Below are positions 28,683 to 38,530 of a stretch of 64,000 nucleotides of DNA, one piece after another. Position numbers and translations under genes: made by a program. The notes beneath the pieces were generated by a model. That model saw nothing but the letters and a program-made list of their open reading frames with translations. It ran no database searches and was not told the origin of the DNA. Positions within the stretch are counted from its first letter, which is position 1; every line of letters starts with the position of its first letter. The stretch is from an uncultured Alphaproteobacteria bacterium (lineage in GTDB: Bacteria > Pseudomonadota > Alphaproteobacteria > RF32 > CAG-239), in contig CALXTN010000004.1 in assembly GCA_944391405.1 (NCBI GenBank), forward strand, positions 11,293 to 75,292, read 5' to 3'.

Positions 28683-30064
28683 TAGTCGTCTCCCGCATTT
28701 ACATTTTTCTCTTCTAACTCTTTTATGGCACTATTTTCTGTATTGGCTTCTTCAATCGCTTTATCCACATCTTCTTGTGTTAGTATGTATCTCTCTAAAT
28801 TAAACTCAGTATAGGGAATTTCTTCATTATTTGGTACTTTAATAACATCCAAGCTTAGTAATTTTTTGGCTGCCATATACTGTAATCTTGCACTTTGCAG
28901 TTTTGCATACATTAATAAAGCTTTCATACTTTCTATCCTTGTAGCTGAATATGATGATATTGCTTCTAACTCTCCTGACGCCGCCGGGGTGTTTTGGAAT
29001 ATTTCATCTATTGTCTCACTTCTTTCTGGTATCTCTCTTCTTAATGTCGCTGTTACTTGTAACAAATGAGCCGCACTATTTACTAATAGAAAACGACGCT
29101 CTCGCATGGCTGCATCTATTTTTGTTTGATGCTTAACTCGCTCATCAGACTTTATTTCCGCATCTGTTTTTGTTTCTCCAAAATCATTATTTTCTGCCGA
29201 TGATAAGTCTTCAGGGTTATAAAAATATCTCGCAAGAAAAGCATTATAATCATCCTTTGTCGGAGAAAAATCGTTTACCACCTCCTCTGAATCCCACTCT
29301 TCATCTTCTTCTGATGATTTGTTAAGTATAGCATCTTCATCTCCGTCGGCTTCTTCTTTTTCACTATCTAACTCTTCTAAGCGTTTTTCATACAGCATAT
29401 ATTCCGGATCTTCTTCTGTTCCTACTTTCTTTTTTTCTTTCTCTAAAACAGTTTTTTGTTTTTTTAATGTTTCTAATAATTCATCTAGTTCATTACATAC
29501 AACTACTAATTCTTCATATTGCATCCATGCATTTTTATAATCATCCAGAGCGTTGGGTTCTTTTGAAAAATCATTTTTTACGGTTTCGTAATAATTCTTT
29601 TTTGTCTCTGTTTCCACTTTTTTTTCATCTCTTTCTTCCTGTTTTTTTTGTAGCTCTTCCTCCGTTTTCTGGATACTTTCATCCATAATTCCTATTTTTT
29701 CATCATAATAAAGATTTTTATTGTTTACATAGAGAGTTTTCTCTTCATCTATTTTCTCTCTGTTTTTCTTTTTAGTACCTTTGACAATTTTTTCCATTTT
29801 TATTTTAAGTAGATCGTTACCATTCCGTGACATATACTTATAGGCTATATTATATAAGTTTTCTTTATTAAACCCTTGTGATGTCATTTGTTTTATTTGA
29901 GAAACTTGTTGCGTTATTTTTGTTGTAGCTTCCGTCAGCTTTCCAACCCATTCACTAATTTTTGCAGCAAGTGTAGACGCATCAATAATTAACGCATGAG
30001 CATTATTTGGAATACTTGTAATCAGGGCAATGACTGTGCAGATGATCATTAATTTTTTCTTCAT
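28682..30064 (-). CDS. Secreted coiled-coil protein, VirB5/TrbJ-like
   Basis: Signal peptide ending AHA then LIIDAST; long E/K coiled coil; C-terminal helical module; located in the virB5/6 slot. Confidence 0.6.
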   Translation of the reverse strand: MKKKLMIICTVIALITSIPNNAHALIIDASTLAAKISEWVGKLTEATTKITQQVSQIKQMTSQGFNKENLYNIAYKYMSRNGNDLLKIKMEKIVKGTKKKNREKIDEEKTLYVNNKNLYYDEKIGIMDESIQKTEEELQKKQEERDEKKVETETKKNYYETVKNDFSKEPNALDDYKNAWMQYEELVVVCNELDELLETLKKQKTVLEKEKKKVGTEEDPEYMLYEKRLEELDSEKEEADGDEDAILNKSSEEDEEWDSEEVVNDFSPTKDDYNAFLARYFYNPEDLSSAENNDFGETKTDAEIKSDERVKHQTKIDAAMRERRFLLVNSAAHLLQVTATLRREIPERSETIDEIFQNTPAASGELEAISSYSATRIESMKALLMYAKLQSARLQYMAAKKLLSLDVIKVPNNEEIPYTEFNLERYILTQEDVDKAIEEANTENSAIKELEEKNVNAGDD

Positions 30065-30777
30065 TGTTCTTCTCCTTCTTCCTCATAATCTCTTGTCTGC
30101 TGTGTTAATTCGGCTGTAGAACCCGCACTTGTCATGTATGCTTTCATTTCAAGTATCTTGTTTAATCTTTGTTCTGTTGCTATTGCCACTAGATTTTGGG
30201 CATGTAAAATTTCATCCATATTTTCGTTCTTAAATACTTTCTGATATAAGGTGCCATCTTCTTTTAAGATACTTTGCCGCGCGGATACACCTTTGGCAAA
30301 TAATATAGCTGTATCATCTGCTATTATTGCATTTATGTAACGGCGATTTTCTGTTGTGTTTGCAATATCCTTTCCTTGTCCTCTTTTGTAGATATATGCA
30401 TTTTCAACTGTTTGCGCTAAAATTTCATCTCTTTTTTTCTTTAAATCACCTTGTTTTAATTCGCTAGCCCCTGGCATTACTCGTATTTCTGTTATGCTAT
30501 TCTTTACATATTCTTTAGAATATTCTGTAAATGCCGTCAGAGATTCAACATCGCATTTTGTTGGATTCTTATAGCAGTTGCTTGCGATATCAAATCCTTG
30601 TCTTGCTCTTTTTTCTATATCCCTTAATTTTTTCTGCACCTCTTGTACTTTGTTTTCCACATCCTTATACAATTCCAGAACTGTTTCTACTTTTGCCATT
30701 ATATCAAATATTGCATATGCTTCACGCGTATATACAAATAATGAGAAAAAGAGAATTATCCAAACTTTCTTTTTCAT
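30061..30777 (-). CDS. Secreted helical protein, VirB5/TrbJ-like
   Basis: Signal peptide ending AYA then IFD; VirB5-like size (238 aa) and predicted all-helical. Confidence 0.6.
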   Translation of the reverse strand: MKKKVWIILFFSLFVYTREAYAIFDIMAKVETVLELYKDVENKVQEVQKKLRDIEKRARQGFDIASNCYKNPTKCDVESLTAFTEYSKEYVKNSITEIRVMPGASELKQGDLKKKRDEILAQTVENAYIYKRGQGKDIANTTENRRYINAIIADDTAILFAKGVSARQSILKEDGTLYQKVFKNENMDEILHAQNLVAIATEQRLNKILEMKAYMTSAGSTAELTQQTRDYEEEGEEQ

Positions 30778-32906
30778 TGTTCATCTCCTTCCTCTTGTTG
30801 ACCAAAGTAATTATAGTTAAACGTTTCCAAGTCTTTTAAAATCTCGGTTTGCTGATTTTGCGCATCTGCATCAACAATACTCAGTATTTGCTGTGTGGTG
30901 TAATAGTTAATCTGAGCACCTATAGAATAGTCATCTTTTGTGGTTGTGCTTTCTTTTAATCCATCTTGAAGGCTTACAATGTTTTTGTCACCATTCTGTG
31001 GTAATTGGTTTGGCTCTATATAATCTAAACTTGATTTATAGTTATTTACGACCGCTAGAGTTAAATTATTAAATGCAGAATCGTTGTACGCTTTTCTTTG
31101 ATTCTCGCGCCATTGTTTTTTTTCATCTTCGGAACCTCTACTCGCTTTTAATGCATATTGATATAAACAGTTTGCTATTTTTTTCTCAGCTTCCTTTATT
31201 TTGTCTGCATCAGTTTTGTCTTCTTTTTTAACAGAAATATCTTCAGCTTCTATTCCGCATTTATATAGTATTACATTAGAAAAAATTAATTTTTTTTCTA
31301 CCTTCCCTGGAGCTTTCCTTGTGGCTTCATAAAAATCCTCATCTCTTTCATCTAGATATAATGTTATTCCTCTCTCAAAATCTTGTATTACACCTTTTGC
31401 CCTTTTTAGAGCATCTACTCTGCGGATTTCACTCCAAAGCTTTGGCGCTTCTATATCTGTCATTCCCATTAATTGATATCCGGCACGGGTGTTGTCTACA
31501 TTCTCTAATGTTTTTCTTAAAACAGATAGCGTGCTATCTTCTTTGTCCAAATTTCCCCATGTTGCTGAAAATTGTTTAGCCTTGCTTACACTTACAAGAT
31601 TGGCGATGCTATAATCCTCTCGCAAGTGTTTATATATACCGTCTTTTTGAAAATCTTTATATAAACTTTCTTCATAGATCTTTGGATACAACTCTACTTC
31701 TGCCTTGGCTTTTATAACGCATTTTCTTAATTTACTCGCATCACTTTCTATATCCTTTATATCGAGACTTTCACACTGTAATTCAGCTGGCAGCAAAAAA
31801 CTTTTGTCCTCTTCTTCTGCATATACTCCTGTTAATAATTGATGCTCGTAATTTGATATATATTTAAACGCATATATTTTTTTCATCTCTCTTTTTATGC
31901 TTGCTTCTTCACTTCCATCTGAGTATCCTTTTGAATTACTTATACTGTTCATAACGTCTTCTTCAAAAGCATCAATTTTATCTGCTATTTTTTGTGCGTC
32001 TGATACAATGCCGTTTATTGCATTTGCGTCTACTCCAGTTTCTAACCTTTCAATGTTATTCTTAAAGTTTTCTCCTGCTTGAGTTAAACCGGCTCTATCA
32101 ATATTTCCGTCATAGTAATCGCTTATGGCTTGGCTATATTCATCAAAGGCTGATGCTATCTGTTCATTATATATGGAATTTACCTCTTCCTTGGTTGCAC
32201 TGATTATGCTTGAGGCGTTTCCTTTTAATTCTTCAATTTCATCCTTAATTTCATTGGCTCCCCCATTTAATCTGCTCTTATCTTCGTCACTTAAGTCTCC
32301 ATTTTCATTTAGACTATTCATTAACATATCTACAGCTGTTTGTGCTTTGTCCATTGAATCATCAATTGTTCCTTCTGCATCACTTAGAATTTTTTCTATA
32401 TCTTCTTTATTTTTGTCTGATTCAATTTTAGCTTCTTCTAAAGAGGCTTGAACTTCACCTTCACTGCCTCCACCTGATACTTGACTTTCAACTGTTTCTA
32501 CTGTATTTTCAGCATTCTGCTTTTCTTGATTTAAATTTTCATCTACGGCTTCTTTCACATCTGAAACAATACCTTCAACCCCATTTATTGCATCTTTGAC
32601 ATCATCTGTTATTTTTGTAATACTATCTTTTATTGAAGTTATCGTATTTTTTAAATCTGCAGCATACTTTCTTACTGATGAAACTTGGTCGCCTATAGTT
32701 TTAATTGTATTTGTAATATTATCTAATTGACTTTTTGCATTGCTTATTTGATTTAGTCCCGTTGTTATACTATTTACAAAGGAGACTATTTCAGTCAAGT
32801 CTATTACAGGCCAGACAAAGGCCTTTGCAGGGCGCACACTTAATATTAGGCAAAGACACCCTATCATTGTCCCTTTTATTAAGTTGGATATTATCCTTTT
32901 TTTCAT
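30774..32906 (-). CDS. Secreted helical protein, VirB5/TrbJ-like (710 aa)
   Basis: Signal peptide ending PAKA then FVWPVIDLTEI (PV.D motif typical of VirB5/TrbJ N-termini); N-half paralogous to 32973-34115. Confidence 0.65.
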   Translation of the reverse strand: MKKRIISNLIKGTMIGCLCLILSVRPAKAFVWPVIDLTEIVSFVNSITTGLNQISNAKSQLDNITNTIKTIGDQVSSVRKYAADLKNTITSIKDSITKITDDVKDAINGVEGIVSDVKEAVDENLNQEKQNAENTVETVESQVSGGGSEGEVQASLEEAKIESDKNKEDIEKILSDAEGTIDDSMDKAQTAVDMLMNSLNENGDLSDEDKSRLNGGANEIKDEIEELKGNASSIISATKEEVNSIYNEQIASAFDEYSQAISDYYDGNIDRAGLTQAGENFKNNIERLETGVDANAINGIVSDAQKIADKIDAFEEDVMNSISNSKGYSDGSEEASIKREMKKIYAFKYISNYEHQLLTGVYAEEEDKSFLLPAELQCESLDIKDIESDASKLRKCVIKAKAEVELYPKIYEESLYKDFQKDGIYKHLREDYSIANLVSVSKAKQFSATWGNLDKEDSTLSVLRKTLENVDNTRAGYQLMGMTDIEAPKLWSEIRRVDALKRAKGVIQDFERGITLYLDERDEDFYEATRKAPGKVEKKLIFSNVILYKCGIEAEDISVKKEDKTDADKIKEAEKKIANCLYQYALKASRGSEDEKKQWRENQRKAYNDSAFNNLTLAVVNNYKSSLDYIEPNQLPQNGDKNIVSLQDGLKESTTTKDDYSIGAQINYYTTQQILSIVDADAQNQQTEILKDLETFNYNYFGQQEEGDEQ

Positions 32907-32972
32907 ATCACGCCCTCCCTAATAATCTTTATTGTACTCCAATTATCTTAAACTTATTGATAATACGTTAAT

Positions 32973-34115
32973 TTAATTTTTTTTCTTTGCCTCTACTTCT
33001 GATGCAATTGCTTTTAATTCTTTTTTTATTTCCTCGGTTGCTTTTTGCTGCTGTTTTAGCACTTCTTTATCTATATTGATATCTATTTGAGAATATGTCA
33101 TTTTTAATTCTTTACCTTTCTTTATGACATCTTCTTTGCTTGCATCTCCTCTAAAGTAACTTTCTACTATATTTTTGTAGCCCTGTATTTCATCTATTAA
33201 TTTGTTTTGATATTCTGTATTATAGTTTTCTTTCGCATTCTCTATTAGAATAACTGATTTATCTGCAACATTCTGATATTTATTTTTCAAATCAGCCACT
33301 TTTTGAGCTATATTTTCCTTATCCTTGATTTCCAATTGTTCGGACGCCTTTATTGATTTTTCTAAATTGTCCAATATTTCATTGGTACGCTTTGATGATT
33401 GATTCAATGTGTTTATTGCAGTGTCCAAAACATCACTCATTTGGGCTATAACTTGCTTACTTTCATCTTCAAATGCTGTAATATTATCTATAATTTCTTC
33501 TTTTTGCAGAAATAATTCTTCATCATCTGCGACTTCTTCTTCCTCTTCCTCTTCTTCTATTTCTTCAGATGCTTGTTCTCTTTTGGCCTTTTCAACTTCA
33601 TTTTTTGCATTTAATTTTTGCATTCCTTCATCTGCTTTTTGGCTCGCTTTTTGTACACTATCTATTCCTGAGCTTCCTTTATCTATATATTCGTTGCCCT
33701 TATTTAAAATGCTTTCTGTTTCATCTATTAAATTATTTAGATTATTATCCAACGCATTATTCGTTGCGTCAAAGCTATCGTTTATCTTTTCAGGAATTTC
33801 TATGTTTGTTCCTAGATTTTCATTTATCCCATCAATGGCATTATTTGCAACTTCTTGTATGTCGCTGATTGTATTTCTTAAATCTTGACCAAATTGCGCA
33901 ATATTATTTATACTTTGCCCTATTGCATCCAAAGTTTTTTTCATTTCCATAATTTGTGATTTTGCTTCTGATAATGAGCCAATTGCCGTATTTACACTTG
34001 AAACAATTTCTGGAACTTCCCCAAAATCCATTACAGGCCAAAATGCTTTGGCGGGCTTATACATCATTATGGTACAGCCTAAAATTACAACGCTTAAAAT
34101 CTTAGTTTTTACCAT
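32973..34115 (-). CDS. Secreted helical protein, VirB5/TrbJ-like (380 aa)
   Basis: Signal peptide ending PAKA then FWPVMDFGEV; acidic linker; aligns by eye with the first ~320 aa of the 710-aa neighbour. Confidence 0.65.
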   Translation of the reverse strand: MVKTKILSVVILGCTIMMYKPAKAFWPVMDFGEVPEIVSSVNTAIGSLSEAKSQIMEMKKTLDAIGQSINNIAQFGQDLRNTISDIQEVANNAIDGINENLGTNIEIPEKINDSFDATNNALDNNLNNLIDETESILNKGNEYIDKGSSGIDSVQKASQKADEGMQKLNAKNEVEKAKREQASEEIEEEEEEEEVADDEELFLQKEEIIDNITAFEDESKQVIAQMSDVLDTAINTLNQSSKRTNEILDNLEKSIKASEQLEIKDKENIAQKVADLKNKYQNVADKSVILIENAKENYNTEYQNKLIDEIQGYKNIVESYFRGDASKEDVIKKGKELKMTYSQIDINIDKEVLKQQQKATEEIKKELKAIASEVEAKKKN

Positions 34116-34153
34116 AATTCCCCCTCTTTTCTAAATAATACTAAACGCTATTT

Positions 34154-34182
34154 ATTGTACTACATTTTCTTGTTTTTGTCAA
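34154..34182 (-). promoter_or_regulatory. Near-consensus sigma70 promoter for the secreted-protein cassette
   Basis: Minus strand TTGACA (34182-34177) N17 TACAAT (34159-34154), then AGAGGGGG RBS before ATG 34115. Confidence 0.7.
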
Positions 34183-34193
34183 TAAAATTATAC

Positions 34194-36641
34194 CTATACT
34201 CCGTTGAGATATTTAGTTACAAACCCGTCTTCTCCAAACTCTTTTACCAAACTTTCTACTAGTAATACATTTTTGATGCCAGAATTGTACAACTTTAGAT
34301 ACGGTCCTAATCCACTTAAGTTTACATCTAAAATAACTGATTCACCCTCCCCATTTTCTCCAGCATCCGGTCGCTTTAGTAAAATAGCATATGGACAATC
34401 TCTATATGATTTACCACTTATAAAATCGTATTCGCTATCTGTTAAATTCCATTTTTCATATGATTCAGGTGTGGCTTGAGTATTACGGAAAAATATCATA
34501 GTTTTACATTGACCTCTAACAGCATCACCTACACCTAGCGAATCTACAATATTTGGTTGTTGAAACGCACATAAATACGCTTGACGCTTTTTACGTCCTT
34601 CTTGCAAGCCTTTAATAAAATTATCCCTAAACATTTCATGCTTAAGCATTGGTGCTGTTTCATCGATCATAATCAATGCCGGATTTCCCGTTTCTGTACT
34701 TTCTGCGTGTATTCTGTGCATTATGTAACTAATTGATGCTGCAGCCAATACATCATCATCAAAAATTTCTGTAAAATCAAAGGCTACAAATCTATTCGTA
34801 CTTAAATCCAAACTATCGTGTTCTGCATTAAATATATTTCCGTATTGATCCGGATTTATCCACCTGTATAATTCTCGACGCATTGTACCTGTTGGTGAAA
34901 AGCAACTTTTATATAAATTTTTTAAAACACGTTCTTCTGGACGCAGATAATCAAATGCTGTTGTTACTGCTCGAGCTGCTTCTCTTTCGGATAATGCATC
35001 TTTTGCCATTGTAATTGCTTTTAGCCAGTTTCGTAAAAAGGCTCTATTACTCATTGTATCTCTTGTATCAAAAGGATTTAATGATACATTTTTCCGCTCT
35101 CCGCTAAAACCAACATACGCACCTTGCACCATATGTGTAAATATTTCGGCACCTCTATGTCTATCAAAAAAGTATACCTTTAAATCTCCATGACGCATAG
35201 CTTGTCCTGCTAGAAATGTCAGTAATGTAGTTTTACCTTGCCCGGTCGGACCTACGATACAACAGTGCGCAACAGCTGATTCTGCCGCAGATATATGAAA
35301 TTGGAATCTGTAGGGAGAACCACTCATTGTTCTAAATACAGTAATCGCTCCTTCACCCCAGTCGCTTCGCGGCAGACCAGTTGACAATTGTTCAAATGAT
35401 ACGGCTAGTGAAACTATTCTTGATAAATAAAAATACGTTCTTCCGCATGTGTCATACCCAGGAAATTGATTAAAAAATGTTGCTTGCGCTATCCAGTTTT
35501 CTCGCACGGGTGTTACACTGAATAGTCTGCATATTCTTTGGATTTCACTTTCTCCAAATTCTATCTCTTTTATCGTATCTCCCTTTAATATGAAACTCAT
35601 TGAGTATTCAACTAGTGATTGGTGGTCGGCATCGCTTTCTTCTATTGCTGCCAATGCTTCGCTATATTGGTCCACAACATCAGATGAAAAACTAGTTACT
35701 TCAGCCATTTTCTGCTGTTGTATCAAAATCATTCGTGCTTTGGGCTTAAATAACGGATGAATATGATGAAGTACGGTTAATTCACAATCTATTGCCAATA
35801 GTGATGATATCATACTTTCATCCATGTAATCACCAGAGCTTCTTATTCCCATCGTTAGAGCAAATTTTTCTTTGCCTCCTGAGAAAAATTTTATAATCCC
35901 TTCTTCGCCCGTAAAATGTATACCATCTGAGCTGAGCATTTCTTTTAGTTGAAAGCCTTGCGCTCCTCTTATTTTGGGTAAGGGCTTGCTTATGGGATTT
36001 AAAATTCTGACAAAGGGATATACCGGGCTCATTTCAGCGGGACTCTCATCATTTTCATATAAGACCTTTATGCCATAATCATTTAAGTTGGCCATTATAG
36101 ATTGAGAGGCGAAATTTAAATCTTTTACTGCATCTTTTCTGTCTTCTATAGATAAAATAATATAGTGATCATTTTTATATACTCGACTTAAATTTTCGCG
36201 CCATGTATCATCTACTATTTTAAGCCATTTATTTCCAAAATCTGCCTTGTTTTTTTCCATTGGCACACGATCACGTATTGTTATTACTCTACAGGTCACC
36301 TGTAAATCTGCCATATTATCAAGCCACGCTTTTCTTGCTTCAAACATTGATAAAACTGTTTCTTCGCGCGCTGATGTTAAATCAACTCCTTCAACCTTGA
36401 ACACTCTTACATATGTTCCATTGTTACATCTTATGGTAGAACCATCTGATAATAAGCTATCAAATGGTAAAAAATCTGCTACTCGTGATTCACTTGGTTG
36501 TGGTAGAACCCATGTTCCTATTTTTGAAACTAATGAAATTGCTATGGCTGCAGCTGATATAATTCCAAATACCGCAACAGCAGAATCCATGCTTTGCAGC
36601 CCTGCCATAAACAATGTATAAAAATCAAAATCAAGGTTCAA
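34194..36641 (-). CDS. virB4: T4SS ATPase VirB4/TrbE
   Basis: ADFLPF N-terminal motif, NQFPG, Walker A VGPTGQGKTT, FFDRHRG, LNPF, Walker B IMIDET, EGRKKR...FQQP, IFFRN. Confidence 0.96.
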   Translation of the reverse strand: MNLDFDFYTLFMAGLQSMDSAVAVFGIISAAAIAISLVSKIGTWVLPQPSESRVADFLPFDSLLSDGSTIRCNNGTYVRVFKVEGVDLTSAREETVLSMFEARKAWLDNMADLQVTCRVITIRDRVPMEKNKADFGNKWLKIVDDTWRENLSRVYKNDHYIILSIEDRKDAVKDLNFASQSIMANLNDYGIKVLYENDESPAEMSPVYPFVRILNPISKPLPKIRGAQGFQLKEMLSSDGIHFTGEEGIIKFFSGGKEKFALTMGIRSSGDYMDESMISSLLAIDCELTVLHHIHPLFKPKARMILIQQQKMAEVTSFSSDVVDQYSEALAAIEESDADHQSLVEYSMSFILKGDTIKEIEFGESEIQRICRLFSVTPVRENWIAQATFFNQFPGYDTCGRTYFYLSRIVSLAVSFEQLSTGLPRSDWGEGAITVFRTMSGSPYRFQFHISAAESAVAHCCIVGPTGQGKTTLLTFLAGQAMRHGDLKVYFFDRHRGAEIFTHMVQGAYVGFSGERKNVSLNPFDTRDTMSNRAFLRNWLKAITMAKDALSEREAARAVTTAFDYLRPEERVLKNLYKSCFSPTGTMRRELYRWINPDQYGNIFNAEHDSLDLSTNRFVAFDFTEIFDDDVLAAASISYIMHRIHAESTETGNPALIMIDETAPMLKHEMFRDNFIKGLQEGRKKRQAYLCAFQQPNIVDSLGVGDAVRGQCKTMIFFRNTQATPESYEKWNLTDSEYDFISGKSYRDCPYAILLKRPDAGENGEGESVILDVNLSGLGPYLKLYNSGIKNVLLVESLVKEFGEDGFVTKYLNGV

Positions 36642-36921
36642 ATTTGTGCCCTTTCACTTTGTATAAATTTTGTGGTACAATGTTTGTTTGCCCAAAAGCT
36701 TGAATCATACCTGACAAATGTGGATCTTTAGCCCCTAATGCTATAACTATTAAATGCCCAACCACAATGCTTATTATGAATACTAGAGGATTTATATCTC
36801 CCATTCCTATTGCCATAAACATAAAGGGTATTTGTAATCCCGCGTTTAATGCGGTTGGCAACACTGGTCCCCAAAATAATTTTGGAGGATTAGCTACAGC
36901 TTTTAGTATAACATCTTTCAT
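36631..36921 (-). CDS. virB3: T4SS inner-membrane protein VirB3
   Basis: LKAVANPPKLFWGP, two hydrophobic helices, KDP motif, C-terminal FEP; directly upstream of and overlapping virB4. Confidence 0.85.
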   Translation of the reverse strand: MKDVILKAVANPPKLFWGPVLPTALNAGLQIPFMFMAIGMGDINPLVFIISIVVGHLIVIALGAKDPHLSGMIQAFGQTNIVPQNLYKVKGHKFEP

Positions 36922-37000
36922 GACTTTCTCTCTTTATATCTTGCTGTCTATATTAAGCTCGAAAATCTTAAAAATTATTAAATTATTATACTTTTTATTT

Positions 37001-37357
37001 TTATCCAAGACTACTATGAGGTACAGCTCTCATGTATGTATCATTAAATTCTGTTTCTAAACGCGCATGACTTCCCGTAAAGTAATCAATAATCGCACCT
37101 GTTGCAGAGAGCATAAATAAGCTAATAAAAATATACCCTAAGTGTTTAAAATTAATTTTTCCGCTTATCGCTAAGAATGTAAACATTACGATGCCAAAGC
37201 AAGATATTGCATATGCAAATATACGTAGCTGCCTTGCAAAAGATGCTGTTTTAGCTCTTATGGTTTCAAGAACTGTTACTTCTGCCGCCATTGTTTCTCC
37301 GCTCATTAGAAACAATACTAATATACAGACAAAGCAGAAAAGTATACCTTTTTTCAT
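37001..37357 (-). CDS. virB2: TrbC/VirB2-family pilin (copy 3)
   Basis: Signal peptide, two hydrophobic helices flanking GKINFKH loop. Confidence 0.78.
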   Translation of the reverse strand: MKKGILFCFVCILVLFLMSGETMAAEVTVLETIRAKTASFARQLRIFAYAISCFGIVMFTFLAISGKINFKHLGYIFISLFMLSATGAIIDYFTGSHARLETEFNDTYMRAVPHSSLG

Positions 37358-37367
37358 CGTTTTCCTC

Positions 37368-37682
37368 CTATGAACCTATAGCTATATCTTGAGGTATTGC
37401 AGATACCGCATTTGGAGCGAACATTGCAACAAAACCTGCACACAAACTGATGACTATTAGTCCTAATATGATTGCAGTCAGCCACTTCCAATTAATATTT
37501 CCAAAAAAGCCACCAATACATATTGCTATTATACCAACGGCAGACGCCGGATAGATAATTTCTCGCAAGCCTTTAAAAATTTTTGCACCTGCGTCAATCA
37601 ACTCTTCAAATGCAGCATAAGCTGGAACAGGCATAAATAAAAAAAACAACATCAATATGTAGAAAAATTTATACTTTTGCAT
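37368..37682 (-). CDS. virB2: TrbC/VirB2-family pilin (copy 2)
   Basis: Signal peptide ending AYA, two hydrophobic helices flanking GNINWKW loop. Confidence 0.8.
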   Translation of the reverse strand: MQKYKFFYILMLFFLFMPVPAYAAFEELIDAGAKIFKGLREIIYPASAVGIIAICIGGFFGNINWKWLTAIILGLIVISLCAGFVAMFAPNAVSAIPQDIAIGS

Positions 37683-37850
37683 TTCAAATTCTCCCTATAG
37701 ATATCTGTATTGTACCACAAATTGCTCAAAATTTCTAGAAAAAAAAGCACTTACTTCTTTACAATATCTTACTGTTTTTATTTATTTTATTTGGCTGTAA
37801 CAAAAATTTCATACAATGAGTTATTAGATACTTTTTTTATTTCTTTATTC

Positions 37851-37881
37851 AAAAAAGGAGTGCTTGTTAGCACTCCCTTTT
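37851..37881 (-). terminator. Rho-independent terminator after the first virB2
   Basis: 8-bp stem ggagtgct/agcactcc (37857-37876), 4-nt loop, T6 tail on the minus strand. Confidence 0.8.
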
Positions 37882-37898
37882 TCTTATTTATTATTTTA

Positions 37899-38249
37899 TT
37901 AGATACCTTCAGCAGAGTTAACAAATGTATCACCTGTTTGACCAGAAGTAACATTAGCATCACCAGTAGCATAGTTAACAATTGCACCTGCTGCTGCCAA
38001 AATTGCCAATCCGACAGCCAAACCAGCAAACCATGTCCACTTAACTTTACCAAAAATAGCCTGGAATGCAATACCTACCAAACCAAAAGCACCTACTACG
38101 AAAATAATAGTCTTTATATGTTTAAATAATGTTATGGCCTTATCTACACCAGTTTGCATAACACTATTAGCAAATGATGCATCTGCAAACAATGCTGTAA
38201 ACACAAGCGCCAAAGAGCATAGTGTAAACATCTTTTTTAAATTTTTCAT
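37899..38249 (-). CDS. virB2: TrbC/VirB2-family pilin (copy 1, probable major pilin)
   Basis: Signal peptide ending SFA, two hydrophobic helices flanking FGKVKWTW; GGAG RBS before ATG 38249; own promoter and terminator. Confidence 0.85.
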   Translation of the reverse strand: MKNLKKMFTLCSLALVFTALFADASFANSVMQTGVDKAITLFKHIKTIIFVVGAFGLVGIAFQAIFGKVKWTWFAGLAVGLAILAAAGAIVNYATGDANVTSGQTGDTFVNSAEGI

Positions 38250-38281
38250 ATCAGTTCTCCTAAATTCATTATACATTATAT

Positions 38282-38310
38282 ATATTACAGCAAATTTTAA
38301 AAAAATTCAA
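38282..38310 (-). promoter_or_regulatory. Putative sigma70 promoter of the virB operon
   Basis: Minus strand TTGAAT-N17-TAATAT just upstream of the first virB2. Confidence 0.5.
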
Positions 38311-38483
38311 GTATTTTGAAGCCATACACACCTTACTTAACTCACTGTTTTTACACTTTTTTTACTCTTGTAACAAAAACTTCACACAATATCTCTCATG
38401 TGTTTCTTATTTTTCCTGTCCACTCTTCGCCATTTTGTTGTTATTAGTTTATAAATATGCTTGCTAATGTTTTTATTTAATGT

Positions 38484-38498
38484 TTAAAATATGGTTAA
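38484..38498. promoter_or_regulatory. CtrA-like box TTAA-N7-TTAA containing TTAACCAT (minus strand)
   Basis: ttaa-aatatgg-ttaa overlapping the TAAAAT -10 of a TTGCTA-N18-TAAAAT promoter for 38531. AT-rich context lowers significance. Confidence 0.3.
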
Positions 38499-38530
38499 AA
38501 TTATGAGTTTTCTCTTAGTATTTTGAAAGT

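Noticed and set aside
28761-28769. Perfect DnaA box TTATCCACA
   Set aside because: Single copy inside a coding sequence. I saw no DnaA-box cluster in the intergenic regions near dnaA, so oriC is not called in this window.
8077-37373. Many short plus-strand ORFs antisense to the virB cluster (e.g. 8077-8421, 9938-10192, 18234-18566, 33409-33888, 36247-36621)
   Set aside because: Shadow frames of long genes, with biased F/L/S/I composition and no RBS or motifs.
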